Positions 26,603 to 41,145 of a stretch of 64,000 nt of DNA are shown in pieces. Under the pieces are notes generated by a model. That model had not been told where the DNA came from. It did no database searches and saw only the letters and a program-made list of their open reading frames with translations. The DNA lies in contig NC_047023.1 of the NCBI RefSeq assembly GCF_902652985.1, positions 10,912,001-10,976,000 on the forward strand. The letters are read 5' to 3'. Every line of letters begins with the position of its first letter. Position 1 is the first letter of the stretch. A program made the translations under genes and the position numbers. The DNA is from Pecten maximus (taxonomy: Eukaryota).

Positions 26603-29600
26603 CCTATGTGTTCAGTTGGTAACGCACAAGGACTAGATGAACTTACGCCTGTGTATTTAATCAAAATGAGCTTCATAATCTACATTTGAAAGACGTTGTA
26701 AGAATTGTTCTGTGTTATTCTGAGGGGGGGTATTTATTCTATCCTCTGTTATAGACAACCCCTTAGTCACACAGAATATGTTCTTCTTGGTATCTGTTTT
26801 ATATTGATCAAATATGGTTGTGTAGCCCATTGTCATCCTAAAGTGGACATCACGTTACAGCGTGATGCGTGGCATTTCAGCATGATAGCACTTTGATATC
26901 GTCCGTTCACGACTGACTCATGTGGAATGTTTGTGAATAATCTGAATGTCTTAACAGAACGTAAAGCAAAACTTAGTCAATGAAGTATATTTTAGATATC
27001 AAAGCTCTGACTATGACGCTTCTGACTTATCGACACACGAAGATGTCTGGGAATTCCCCCGACAACTATTTATGAATCTATGTAAATAAAACCCTTTTCC
27101 TAAATTGATAGTCGATGAAAGGGTTTTAATCAGCGGCTTTAATGCCGTAACACAATTCCGCTCATCATAAATTGTACAAATAATCTACATGGTATACTCG
27201 TATATAAATCAGCGTCGTTCATTAGAAAGCCTGACATATATTGGATTACTGTATCGAATATTGGTGTTCAGTAACAAATCAGCCGGGGAACATGTAATAT
27301 AAACATGTATATATCTTATCGAGAGGAGCATAAACGATTCACATGCTGAACGAAAATCAATTCCACGAAATAAAAAAACAGTATTTTATGAAGTCGCATC
27401 CTAGATTGGAGAAATCGTTTAACTTAAATACAGTGCAACACATAGCATATATTTTTAAATTTAAAATTAAAAAAATAAATGAAAGTATATTCCCAGAGAG
27501 AATTAAAAGATCGATCGTATTAAATGAAAGGTTTGAAACAATTGGAGATGACAACAAAGAAGTTGTTTTCGCTAACTTATCACAGGCTGACGTAAATCGG
27601 GATTTGATTTTAAAGTTCAGAACGGTTGCACGGCTCTATAGTGCGTTGCTGCCAAGAACGTATCCAGTGTCGGGGAGTACAATTACATACGTCAACACTG
27701 TGGATGTATACATGTAAACATTTTATATTTTTTATTATCTACACTCATAGCAAGAAAGCTCGGACAACAGGTTTGAATGAAAATGGCCACCAAATAGTGA
27801 CATTTAAAATTTGTTGTCCAAAATCAGCCAATAACAAGAAATATTTAAAAAAAAAGATAAACGGCATAGTTTAAATGCTGGTGGTTATAATGTAAAACTG
27901 CTGGTGAAATAAATTAACGGACTAATTAATAAATGCGTTTTAGCCCGGATAACAAAATTATGTCAGTTTGAATCATTTTTGGTGATAGTAAGACTGCATT
28001 TGAATCAGGAATATAATTTTATTATTGTGTCATTTGAATAGATACATCCACTTATTCAGTTTGCATTCAATCTTAATTTTGTTTCGTCTTTAACTGAAAA
28101 TCTGCATTTTGCATTTACCGCTACATAGACCAATCACATACTTCAATTTGACCAGTTACGCCACCTTCCGCGTCATATCCCGGGCCAAAAGAAAATTATA
28201 CAGCTATGCCGAAAAAAAGCGGTGTACATATATCCAGAAACAACACACTGTACACATACTGCACGTATAGTCGTACACATACATGTATGATACTTTGTAC
28301 TAAACTAAGGATGCTGGTGAATTCAAAATACATATAACCAACTTGTTATACCGTTGAGACCGTAAATTAAGTTAATTACTTAACTGCCTTTTATAAACAA
28401 TAACTATTTTTACTTAGTTTCTCTTCAGCTCTTTTACACATGTCAGACATTCTAACAGCTATATTCAGATACGTGCTGAATGTAAACTATATAGCATTGT
28501 TAGATCTCCTATCCCTTAAAATGTATTATGTTATATAAGATATATTATTACGATAATATGCCGAAACACAATACAACATAAAATTATAATTTAACTCATT
28601 CTATTAAAACAATTATACACAACGAGAACAACTTTTTTCTTCAAATATGTGTGTGTGTATTTCGGCACAAATTGCATGAAACTTGTAGAAAAAAATGATC
28701 TGTTACTTTCTCAATTAAGAAAAGTAAAATAAGCGCCTATATCCTCTATTGTTAAACGTACATGAAAATTGGAGATAATATCTCATTTACATATTTAAAT
28801 TGAATTGCTCATTTAAATATGATTTAAAATTTTGGCATAGTAACATTTAAATTTTTTCTGGGGTCTGATCTAGCCCACTATCCTCCCTTTGGTGCCATTC
28901 CTATAAAGAACTACTTACAACCGGAAACCAGGGTAAAGTCTGATTTATGTCTATTATATAAAGTATTGCTTTGCCCAATGGAGTATGGTTATATACGTAT
29001 GGTTATTGAACACATATTCGGACATTATGTAAACGTGTTCCAAGCGTGCAAAAATAAGGTAAAGTCAACACAAATTATCATTCCTAATGCTGTACAAGGC
29101 TCGTCGTTTCAAGAAAACAGGACAACGTAACTATTCGGACATCGTTAAATGACGGACATAAATTGTCCAAACACTTAACTGTATATCATAATACGGTACC
29201 CATTCATCCCCTCATTTCATTTCTCTGCATACACATACAAAATAACTTAGCTACGCGCATGATATTATCACCAAAATGATTCAAATTGATATAGTTTTGT
29301 TATCTGTGCTGAAACACATTAGTTCGTTCATTTATTTCACCAGCAGATTTATACTATAAAACCAAGCATTTAAACTATGCCGTTTATCTTTTTTTTTTAA
29401 AGATGTTTCTTGTTTATCTTGAAATTAGGTTTACTTTTGTATAGTTTGATGACTTGGCGTTCTTTTGTTATGTTCTAAATTGTAAAAAAAAAAAAAAAAA
29501 AAAATCCTAAAAATTGTAATGGTCTGTTATATGTTTTTAGTTTAAAACTCCTTTGGTCTGTTAATGTCTAGGGGATATCGCCCAATGTCATACCGAGTCA

Positions 29601-32600
29601 GATACAATATTGCCATTTACCGATAAAGAAAAACTTGTCGTTCCCAATGGTACATATAATACCAGTCACAGAGTACCTTGCAAACTCAGCAAAAATTGTC
29701 AATAAAAAAAACAGCAATAAATTTGAATTAAAATCCGACTTGCCTCCCAAACTGCGTATACGCCGACGGGTTACGATGATCTCAACTAAAACCTATAAAA
29801 TAGAAAGTTTATCCTAAAAACACGATAGTTAATTACTGAGTGTTTCATATAGTACAACGTGCGCATTCTAGTCGAATTAAATCATTATCCGTTTCGAAAG
29901 CCGCATTAAAGTTTAGCAAACACATTGCATAATGTACAATTAACATTATCTAACGTATAGACTGATGAATACAAAATTATATTAACGCAACTTGGTGATA
30001 CTATAATGGTGGTATTAACAGGGTGTTGATGGCAACGCATGGCTATGGATACGGAATAGGACCCCTAGTCGTGTCATATACTGCCACGTCGATGTTCCCA
30101 TCGACCCGGTCATCATCAACACTGACATCGCCATTAATAGCCTGATATTACTGTAACTGAATAAGCAAGCTATTGCACATAAATTGCCAGCACGCGGCTC
30201 CCCTCTTTTTTTCTTTTTTTTTTTCTTTCTTTTTTGTTCTTTTTTGTTCTTTTTTCCCTTTTTGTTTGTTGCCAGACCTTAAATCGATTCTAGGATGTTA
30301 TTACCAACTCATGTCTAAGTATTGTGTTTACGACAGAGAATACATCCTCAGCTGTATACCTATACATGGTAGATATACAATTAAGACTCGGAGAAGCCGG
30401 CATGTTCTCGGAAAGTGGTAAGCGCTCAAGTAATTTAAAAGGATAAATTGGTGAATCCTTGGGAGTTATGAGAATCCTATAGATTCGAAATTTGGTTGAA
30501 TTTTCTCCTGTGCCGTATGTATCCGGGCTGTGATTGCCTGAATTAACAACACCAGTAAATCCGTTTACAGATTGCTAGTCTAGTACCACGATATACAATA
30601 CCAGAAAACACTGACTGACTGGGATCTCCAGGGGCAAGACTGCAGTAAATTTACCATTTGTTTTAAGCTATGTGTACTAATAAATTTCACACAACTGATA
30701 TGTGTATAATGAAGATGGTGATTGTTTTATCGGATTAAAATGATATTGCCATTCAATATCGCAAGGTGGGCATTTGGTAGAATATTAACCCAACCTTCGT
30801 GGACCTCAATCGTCCATTTTACACAACTTTAGATGCGGGTAATGTGCCCGGTACTACATACGTGGCACCTGCAGTCAATTTAATAACATGTTTGATAGTA
30901 CATAGAAATCTGATTACTGACACACTAAAAGGTGCTGCATAAATATACTTAACGAAATAATCCTAATAATACCAGGTTGATATGCACTGCTGTATCGACT
31001 ATTGAGCGCACATCGTACGTGTTGCATGATTTACAACAATATATGATGTGGCAAACTTACATCAAAAACCAACCGAGAACCCCTTTCACAGATAAAATAC
31101 GATGGACTTGTGCTTTACGCGTATATACTGAGCTGGGCCCAGAATATTTACGCTTTGTGTCTTTCAGATTGCTTCAGACAAGTGATTTAGCAATTTGTCT
31201 CGAGGTCGGACATCCAATGTGTTGTTTGTGATTGCTCGCGTTTTGACACGACATTTTCGTCGTAATAATATCCAGTCAGTCGCCTCAAGGGGGACGTAAC
31301 TCTGTTCACTCTTTGCTCACTTCTCTAAGCAGAGATAATACGCCAATTGGTAAGCGTCACATGCAACAACCATCGGTTCAGGTTTCCTAAATTCGCACAC
31401 CATTTATACTCCCGGGTAGCAGATGCCAGCTTTGATAAATATTGGTTAAAATAAAAAGGGAATCAGACACACAAATTCATCTTTTGGGATGTAAACCCGA
31501 CGAAACATACCTCTGGCATAAAGCCATATTTTCTTTAGCCTTCATTAAAATAGCATCGCTTGAAATCAAAGAATGACTTTTTACTTGCATTTGTTGAATG
31601 CAAGACAACTTATTTTAGGAGATGAAGAGCTTAAATACCGTGCCTGAATCAATATTCTAGTCATGTTTATGTAGGTAAAAAGAGAGAGCATTTCAAAAGA
31701 ACTTTTGCACGAACAGACATCAGGAAGCATTTCGATCAACATGCACAAAATGCATTTGTCAAAATGATTTCTTCCTCAAATGTACTGTTAAATGTCAACT
31801 CCTTCGCCCTGTCGAAGTTTGTTTAAGAATCTAAAACTCTACTCATCTACGTATCTGCAGGTTGTTAATAATTTCTAATTGGTTTGTCGCTAACTGTTTA
31901 ATATTATATCGTAGAATGTTATCAAAGTTAACGTCAAAACAATACCAAAGTGCAAGGAAAAGCAATATTTTTTTCAAAATTTTGAAAATATTACTTTTCG
32001 TTAAATACATTTGTGTGTGAGGTGTGTATATTAAAGGCAACTCTCTCCCGGCGAACCTATCTACTTGTAGCACATGTTATCATGCTAGGTTGAACCTCAT
32101 GCAGTTTGTTCGCAAATCTCCTCTTACAATATACTTGTTCATTTTAATTAAATCTCTTCTCAGTGTGAAAGCATCTTATTTGTGTACCGAGTGTACTGAA
32201 ATCAGATGTGTCCTAACTAAATTTAGCTTTAAGCTATTGTTATGTACAAATGTACAATACTATGGCCGCACGTGATATATTCCATGATCTTGTTCTTACA
32301 GTAGTATCAACATAGTAGAATATTATAAAAAGATCGCAACGTCGAAATATTGATTTTCCGTTCTTTAAAATGTCATATTTACCAGAAATTATTTAAGATA
32401 ATTTTTATCAATAACATTGTTATATGATTATTAAAATATTCAAGCGGTTTTTTTTTTCTTTTTTGTTTTCGTTTTTTGTTTTTTGTTTTGTTTTTGTTTT
32501 TTGTTTTTTTTTATTTTAGTTCAGAGGGAGATACTGATATTTTAAAACACAATGTCTTGGTGCTTATTCACGATAAAATATAGCTATTTGCGATCCAAGC

Positions 32601-33678
32601 GTACTGTTGGTAAGAGCAATGATGCCCCTTCAGGGAATGATGCCGTATTTGAACGTGTGATGTTTATCATGTCATCGTAACTATCTGTAATACTGGAATA
32701 CGAGTCCTAGGATAACGGAACGTGATGCTGTTTTATATTCATGCCATTGCTAAATTAATTAACATACATGTAGGTGTTCTTCACTTCTTTCTGTTTAATA
32801 GGAACCAGCAGGATAAGTGTATCAATGCAATTAACGCTTTACTTCAAGCGGTCAACGCTAATTTTTGACGACAGTTACAAGACACTATAGAACATTGCAA
32901 TGGTCTTGCTTAAAATCAGGCAAACGTAGACCTCCTACAAAGACAGTTCACTATCAAAGAGTGTTGACGGTTTTACGTAAACGAAATCTTAGAAGACGAC
33001 AAGGTACGATAGGGCTGGCGATATTGATGTACTTTCCATTGGTATATTTGCCTTATCTGTCCTGGTACAAGCTTTTATACTTAGAAACCGTGAGTTTATT
33101 AATTTTTGTATAAAACTATCACTTATTAAAAATAATGCTTAATATTACCCTATTGCTGAAATATGTATCTATTTTATATAAATCATTTCTGTGCACTTCA
33201 GATCTGTTTTAGAACTTACGGACGACAACGCTTTAGTGTTGATAGTATAGACACGTTAGGTTCCATGGGTTCTATTCTTTAACGCCAGCGTATATCCAAT
33301 ACGCTGATAGAGCCAAAGAACTAGGTCAGATTGCAATAAATATCGCTGAGGACTTCATCAAATTCTCTTGTTAGGATTTGATTTATAACGGAGTATTGTG
33401 TCGAAAACAAGACAAAGGTCTGGTAAGGTTGACCTTGATATGAAATAGAGACGACAGATTAATTCAAACTAGCATCTATAACGAGAAAGACGAATGTACT
33501 GACGGAGGGGAAGCAACCTTGACATATGATAATGTAAATGAGAACCATTTTTCGTTCATATTACTAATACAGAAATGCCGTGTGTACATATGATACTTGA
33601 GTTTCCGGCTTCATTTTTAAAATGATGCCCAATGTAATGTCAAGGATATTCACGTCCCTAAAACCACCATTATGTTAA

Positions 33679-34032
33679 AGTGGCATTCTTTCGTTTGAAT
33701 AAAGTTTAGGTCGTCACAATTAAACTTACTGGAAAATATGTATTTTTCCAATTAGTAAAAGTTATAATCTTTACATTAATATGGCAGTTTTACTCTCAAG
33801 ATAAATCAAAGTTCTTCGAGTATTAAGTCCTGAAACTTCTAAATTCGACCCAAAGTATCACTAATTACCGCAAAGACATAAGGTATCTGTCTGCAATACG
33901 CCCTTTCCCTGTACATTTCGGCGTTAATTCAATTACTTGTAGGCACAAACACTCATATAACCATTGTTCGGACACAGATTTCATTAATAGAAACTGTGCG
34001 TGTTTCTGATGTCCAAACGAAGGAATGCCCCT
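33679..34032 (+). mobile_element. Kolobok-like MITE, copy 1
   Basis: TTAA|AGTGGCATTCTTTCGTTTG ... CAAACGAAGGAATGCCCCT|TTGA: AG..CT termini with TTAA-type TSD; homologous to the copies at 40885 and 44865. Confidence 0.8.
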
Positions 34033-37000
34033 TTGAAGAGTTAGTTTGTGTCGCTAACGAATTCAACAACACTTACACTAATTGTATTGATCTGTTTTAC
34101 CATTTAACGTAAACATGTTTCCTTACGTAATTTGCTGTCGTCGTTTTCTGATTTTGTATCAAGCATTCCGTCTTGACGACGTAAATATTTTAACACTAGG
34201 GGTATACTTTTACTGTACAGTGTACAAGTATTCATGCGTGACGATATCAACACGGCGCAAATTTAATGTGATCTGGAACACTACCTCCCGAAATAAAAGA
34301 TTTCAAAACGAACGCCATACCCATGATGTAGCACAGTTTGTAGGAGTTATTGTAAGCTATTTTAGGCGGTAGCCATGTTGGTTTGTGGCACCAGGAAAAT
34401 GACTAACAAAGTGATGAAATATAAAGGGGAGATAATTCCTTTTTATGCGTGTTGTACTTCGATAAACTGGATCGCCTTATCACTCATATAGTTCTGTAAT
34501 GATTAGGGCGCTTAATTGATTAATTATATTCCATTTGACCATTCCGAATATTTCTTTGAAAACAAAATTAATAAAAGACTTCAGGGAGTTTGTTTGATTT
34601 ATTTTGTGATAAATCGAACACATTTTAGATTGAATGTCATTCTGCCCAGGCGAGTTGTTCGTATATCAACGTTCTGTTATAATTTCGTTTTTTAAAAGAA
34701 TTCACGTGTATCCTATTTTTTTTCTGAATGCATATTGATTTATTTTTGCTAAGCTGTAAGGGGTTGTGACCTGCCAACTAGTAGCCGGCATAACTACCAG
34801 CTCATCTATTCCGGAGGACTTCGGGGTTAAATGTTTCCATCATTATGTCCAATTAATGTAAGAAGAGAAGTGTCAACTGCCTTGTCTTCACACCTGTCTA
34901 TGTATGAAGGTAACACATTACAGGTGTAACATGCCGCCGCCGTGACAGCACGCGCTCTAATGTGACATCACGTGGGAATAATCTATTGTAATTGATAGTA
35001 TTCCTTGTGGACAGTCAGCCATGTCCAGTCTAGGGCGAATGAGATAAGTAAATCAACCGCCCGGACCTAGTGGATGGTAGTGAAATAGCACGAGTTTCAT
35101 ACAGCTGTAGGAATAACACGAAGTTCAGTTGTTGAAGGATAGTTATTTCCTTATCGTTGCCTTTAAGTTGGCAGTCTTTAAAAAGGGGCGGAAAACAAAT
35201 ACTTATTATGTGATCAAAAATATAAAACAGCCAATAAGAAATTAAAGAGGTTGATTTTTTTCCCTAAAAGAGATAATAAATAGAACTCTAACTCTAAAAC
35301 CTTAAACATAATACTTGGCGGGTATTTGGGAAAAACTGTAAATTTACATGCATCTTTGCACTACTACATTGTACGTCAACCAATGGTTATGCTACTTATA
35401 TTTTGTAAAACGTGACGTCAACTTAGATATAAATAACGACCGAAGTGATAGCTATCATAACACAGAAAATACTAGTAAGCAAAGGAAACCTTTATATAAG
35501 TACAGTGGTCGTGAGACCAGGTGTTCTGGTAGTTAAAGCGTCTTTTGCCTCATCGACTACAACCGCAATGCAAATAAAGGTTAAGTTATAGTTCAGTCAT
35601 GGAATGGTGACAACAGACCCACCAGTCATATAAACAGGCATAAAACAACACGCCTAAACGCTATATCGCACAAGGAAAAGGAAATAACTTCAAATGAAAT
35701 CATAATGATCTGACCTAACTGTGTATGTGTTCGACATATTGTTTGCCATAATGTAATACCAAATGAAGCTGGTATAACAACAACAAAAGAATGATCTGGA
35801 ATTCTGTTTACTATTGTAACTGAAGTTATTACAACTTTTGTTTGGCTGCTATTGTGTCCCCTATGTTCAAGAACATAATAATGGTAATTATTATCAAAGA
35901 GGTTCCGGCAGTGCGTGCCTCGACAGTTTTTACGTCAGGTGAACAGGTACACATAGTATGACGTAAGAGTACGAAATGTAAGTGCGAAATAACGTATTTC
36001 ATGCGGTCAATATGTCTAAGAATCCAAACGTACTGGATAAACCGAATCAAATGAAACGTACTCGTAACCTCAACATATTGGTTACGAACGCAGATTAAAA
36101 ATGTATTTCGTCACAAAAAAAGTACGTGATTTTAACGTCACTGTCAGTGTTCTTTCTTTTAAAATAAGTATATTTTGTTCCACCGCTTAATTATCTAGCT
36201 TACAACTACTCATTGAGGTGACACAACCATCCCTATGAAATCGTGGTATTGTCATGCTATTAGTAAAATAAACATAATTCGTAAACCAATCCAGCCCAGA
36301 CATATTGATTTTAGCCCGGAGATCAATGTAATCTATTGCTCCAATCTCCCATATCGATTACGATATTCTCTTTAAGGTAATTAACTTATCGAACGCCTTG
36401 CTTTTCCGTGTATTGTTCACTCAATATTGCAGAGTTCTTAAGGTATCGCTTAATATTCGCATTTAATCTGAATTCGCAGTTGTGATGTCTAATTATCAAC
36501 TGCGTTGCCATTATAGATATTAACCTAACATTAATCAGTCGTACACGAAACATGAAAATAAACGGTATTTCCATCCTGGAGGAATATAGGCCGATCTAAG
36601 CTTGAAAACGGGGGTGAATACGAAGCCGTGTTAAGGCATCACCGTGCAGCATCCCTGCCAAAGGTACAGCTGACCTTGTCCCCAGACGGAGACACACACC
36701 TCCCTCCAACACACGCTGTTATCAAATGCAGACATTTATACGATTACCCTTGTTTAGGTGGCATTGTTTAGTAGTCTCTATCGGAAACAGAACTTTGTGG
36801 TGTACACAGAAACTGCATGTCAACATCCGGTATTTTAGTACTCAATAAACTACAAGTGAAACAGTTAAAATGGAAAGGTGTCAACAAACGTCTATATGTA
36901 CGAAGACGAAGTTTCAACATCCGAAAAGAGGTGATGTAATATTTGCAGACACTGCAATGAAGTGCCAATACAGGCTTACAACTTTTGAAAAGGTGAAAAT

Positions 37001-37683
37001 CAAATCGTCTACAAGAGCAAGTCGGCATATGCACGAAAGACCTGTTCAATTGTTAATCAAGTTTAAAATGTCTGATCAGTTCTAAGGTAACTGGAAAATG
37101 GTTAAAGGACGGAATGGCCTACAATAAATCAAAGAAAGTTAACTAAGCTAGATAAATTAAGATTAACTAGCGTACAGAAAAGAGTTGGTTTGGTTTTGGA
37201 GTGTATGAAATGGCAGAATCAGAAACAGATAATGTTTGTCATGCTAATCAGGAAAGAGATGTGATGTCATACACAAAAACAATCCATACCAAACTAAACT
37301 GTGAATCAGGCCATCTGTAAGCCATCACGTGATCAACATTGTTGTGTCGTTGAATGTTGAGGACCAAAACAACAATGACACGAAACAGCATGCCTTTGTT
37401 TTTTTATGATTGGATTCATCATCAATAGTAAACAAGATGCATTGTCATAACTACACTCCGTATCACCATATAATGTTTACTTAAAGGTATATGCTGTTTT
37501 ACACGGTTTTTGATAGTGTGTATACCGTGCCAATCAGAGGTGTATAAATAGATAACATTTTTCGGTGTTATCAGTAAAAACTCTAATAATGTTGCTATTG
37601 AGATCGTTCTTCTGTGTTGTTTTAAATTCGATAAGAAACGTTAGTATTTATCTGCACATTTCGTTCACTTCTTAATCGAAACT

Positions 37684-37962
37684 GGGGCTGCAATAGTTAA
37701 GTCGGTTAAAGCGCCGGCCACTTCATCTCAAGCGATGACGCTCCTTACCCGTGTCGGTTTGTGTTTCTCGGGGAGTTGAGAAACGGACCGGTCTGTGCTG
37801 TTGTGATTGTGTTCTTCGATAAGACTACCGTCATCACTCGGTATGGCATGTGCGGGCCTTCCGTATGTTGTTCAGTGAAGTAGTCACCAACTACTACAAA
37901 CAGATCCCGTCTTAAAATGACCCTGTCTGTTCACGGGGCGATAAACTCAGCAAGCAAACAGA
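37684..37962 (+). mobile_element. tRNA-derived SINE (Meta-type tail), diverged
   Basis: GGGGCTGCAATAGTTAAGTCGGTTAAAGCG (A-box head) and tail AAAATGACCCTGTCTGTTCACGGGGCGATAAACTCAGCAAGCAAAC. Both flanks begin CTTAATC (37671 and 37963), a likely TSD. Confidence 0.7.
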
Positions 37963-38449
37963 CTTAATCAACGATTTGAAACTCGTATAAAATACCACGG
38001 CATCATGCTATCCAAAACTCGGTACGTGTTGGTATTAACTGTCAATTGGGACGTTCGCTGTTTATTTCCACAGGTAATGCATGCACTGTATGAATAGCAC
38101 TTAGTTTAAATCAATTTGTCAATCGTATTTTAAAACAAAAAGTGCCATATTTTTACTATATTTTAGCAAAGCCAAATACGGAGTCGATAACGATGTACGC
38201 ATTAGATAAGCCCATTGAAGCTGATAATTGCTGATAATCTGCAACATCAGTTATTAGCTGTTAAAATAAGGATATTGAACCAACACGGGGCCATAGGGGG
38301 TCTTTTATTTATGGGTACGAAGCGTTGTACACCGCAAATCTGTTAATAGACGGTCATCGTAGTGAAATGTGAGAATGACTTTCAATTCTAAGTCCGGATT
38401 CCTAGACTGAGTAATGCGATCGCCAGGAGGAAAGTTGTGTGACTTCCTA

Positions 38450-38605
38450 TCGTCCAATCAACGTCACCATACGGGGGATTGGCTAACGGTCATTGCCTTT
38501 TCAAAAGCACGTGAAAGCAATCTTGTTTCGATCACGTGACACAGCTTCCGGGCAGAATGAGACAAACCCGCTGTATCGTTATGACGTATTTGTCACGTCA
38601 TCGGT
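38450..38605. promoter_or_regulatory. Candidate promoter/enhancer: dense CCAAT, E-box, CRE-like and ETS motifs
   Basis: CCAATCA (38454), ACGTCA (38461), GATTGG (38477), CACGTG (38508 and 38533), CTTCCGG (38545), ATGACGTA (38581) and ACGTCAT (~38595) within ~150 bp; locally CpG-rich. Motif evidence only. Confidence 0.4.
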
Positions 38606-40884
38606 GATGTAATCAGAGACTGACCAACATGAAATGTCTATTACCTTATGGAGTGAGTGATGTGCGAATGATTTTGTGCGTTTATGCATTTCATAAGTTT
38701 TCTGGTCAGCGACCATAAGGAAATACGCGGCCATCAGATACTGAACCTCATTTGTGTGATGTATCTATAACCTACGCTATATTTACTTTGGTACATTTTG
38801 CTAAACATGTACACATTACCTGGAAAAATAGTCCGCTCTATCTCCCAAAAAGTGGCAATCCAACCAGCGTTCCCCATACATTATAGAGTGGGGTGTTGTT
38901 GGAATGTCTCCGAATCCTCTGTTCGAGACACAGGGAAATCGCTAATGTATCTAAAGGACTGACCTGTTTCCTCTGTTGAACCTGCTCATTCCGATAGATT
39001 ATATTAAAGATAAAAGATATTTATGTTGCAATAACACAAACTCAACCTTTATATAATCTATCAGCTATTTCCTAGTTTCTATTTTCGGTAATTTGTTTCT
39101 TCCTGTCGGTGTCTAAATTGCGTTTTTCATTGCACAGCAGGTAACTCGTCCCAATAACAGATAAAAGTTCCATAACCGCCTTAAATCTGCAAGCGTCTCA
39201 ATGACATATGAAAACAATATCCAGGATACAATTCATGGCATTTATATCCGAGTGCATTGTTTCGTCGCTGGAAGATTAAGCCTGGTCCGGGGTGTCTTTC
39301 TTTTGACATTTAGATTCTAATCTGTCGTCTGGTGTAAACACACCTCAGCCAAGACCTGTTTAGACTTCTTAGTACAGTTGTACCGAGCAAAACTCACACC
39401 TGAATCAGACATTGGCAACGCATCATGTCACCAAGTTGCTGATAGATGTTGGACGTTTCGGGTTTGTACAGGAATAGATCCTGATTGCTGCTCTGTTTTC
39501 GTCGGTACATGGAAGTAGCTCTTCCTGTGTCATTGACCGAAATGGGGTGTCAGAGACCATTGTTCTTCTACAAGTGTGTGAAATTCTAATCAATGCTGGC
39601 TACAATATGATTAAAAAGCTTGTTTTTCATAAGGCAAGTCCGTACCGACACCGATTTGAAAACCGGCATAACCATGGCTCATAAAAGTTATAGGCGTACC
39701 AATGAGATAGAACTATCTTTTATTCAGAAACGTTATTATATTCATCGCGTCAAACTACACCGATAGCATGATACAAAATTGAACAAGACATACAGTTAAA
39801 ACTCAATTCAGCATGCTCAAATTCTCTTATTATACCATTAGCGCTATCAAAATTTTGCGAAATTCTTCCGGCACAAAATTCGCAAATATAAGATCACCGC
39901 AAAATATTCATGTTTAGAGTGTACTTCATATAAGTGGTAATACAGTCAATTTGTCAATAGGACCGGAAAATGTAGAATAAAGTGTTCAATTGGATTGACT
40001 AAAGTATTAGTTTAGCGTAACTTCATATCCATTCAGGAATTTTAAAGTAAAATCGCCATTTTGGGTATGATAAATTACCGCTTAGCTCTAAGCAACATAA
40101 TAGAAAGCAAAACACATCTGTACAACGAAAAGTACTACGCTTGACAATGACCATCACTACGTTTTCATTAGACAATGCATCATAAAAACGCAATATTGTC
40201 TCGTACCTAACAACTTTGATCAATAAATTACATAACATATATTTGATTTTCTTTTCTTATATAATCAAATCAGTAACATTATGGAGCATCTAGAACATAT
40301 ATGACCTAATAGTTTTATCTTACGTCACGCGAGTAATATAATCTAAATATTCTGTATATAAGTTTTATATGTACATGTATATCAATAGATTCCTGATTAC
40401 AATTTATTATTCCCTTTTCCGTGTGACAGATTTCATATATAACCCGATTGTACAATTTCTTTACACTCAAAATATGTTTATCGTGGTTTGTGCTAAACTC
40501 GCAGTCATTGCTGTTGTCCTTTTATTGAGGCACTGCCCGCAATCAGACATCTTTCCAATACAAATTACTCTGGTATACCAAGATGTTTTATATCAGAGTA
40601 AAAAAACAATCTAGGAAATAAAGAAGAACCAACCCAGCGTATTAGATTCACTAGGCAAACACGTTTCGTCCATAGAGAATTGATAAGCACATGTAGGTAG
40701 CTACAGTTATGAGTTCGCAGAAAGCACTATAAAACATTGTTCGCACATCATGCAGACACCGTCCGCCCCAGTGTGATAAGTGCGATACAACTTTATGTGC
40801 GGTCTGTTTAGTTCGCACGATCACGAAAAAAACATAGAATGTGTCGTATCAAGGACGTATCTATATATTTCAATCACATATTAA

Positions 40885-41145
40885 AGGTATATTCCTTCGT
40901 TTGTTTAAAGTTTAGATGAAATGAAAATGAGAAAAAGTTTTTTTCCCAGGTAGCAAATGTTATAATCTTGACATTAATACGGCAGTTTTACTCTCAAGAT
41001 AAACCAAAGTTCTTATGAGTATTATGCCCTGGAGACTCTTTATTCAACCCGAAGTACAACTAATTTCCGCATAGACATACCGTATTTGTCTATAATACGC
41101 CCTTTCCTTGTATATTTTGGCGTGTCCGAACGAATGAATGACCCT
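40885..41145 (+). mobile_element. Kolobok-like MITE, copy 2 (internally deleted)
   Basis: TTAA|AGGTATATTCCTTCGTTTG ... CGAACGAATGAATGACCCT; the body (GGCAGTTTTACTCTCAAGATAAA..) matches copy 1 but lacks ~90 bp near the right end. Confidence 0.8.

Noticed and set aside
27343-27717. 124-aa ORF
   Set aside because: AT-rich, no recognisable domain and no splice support; within chance expectation.
31280-31440. Possible minus-strand CORE/Deu-type SINE relic (CACCATTTATACTCCCGGGT)
   Set aside because: Only a ~25-bp resemblance; no head, tail or TSD could be delimited.
32802-33423. Two exon-like segments with plausible acceptors and donors
   Set aside because: The first segment has stops in all three frames, and splice-like motifs alone are insufficient without transcript data.
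36870-37090. 71-aa ORF ending just before an AG|GTAAC donor-like site
   Set aside because: No homology recognised and the stop precedes the donor; it cannot be supported as coding.
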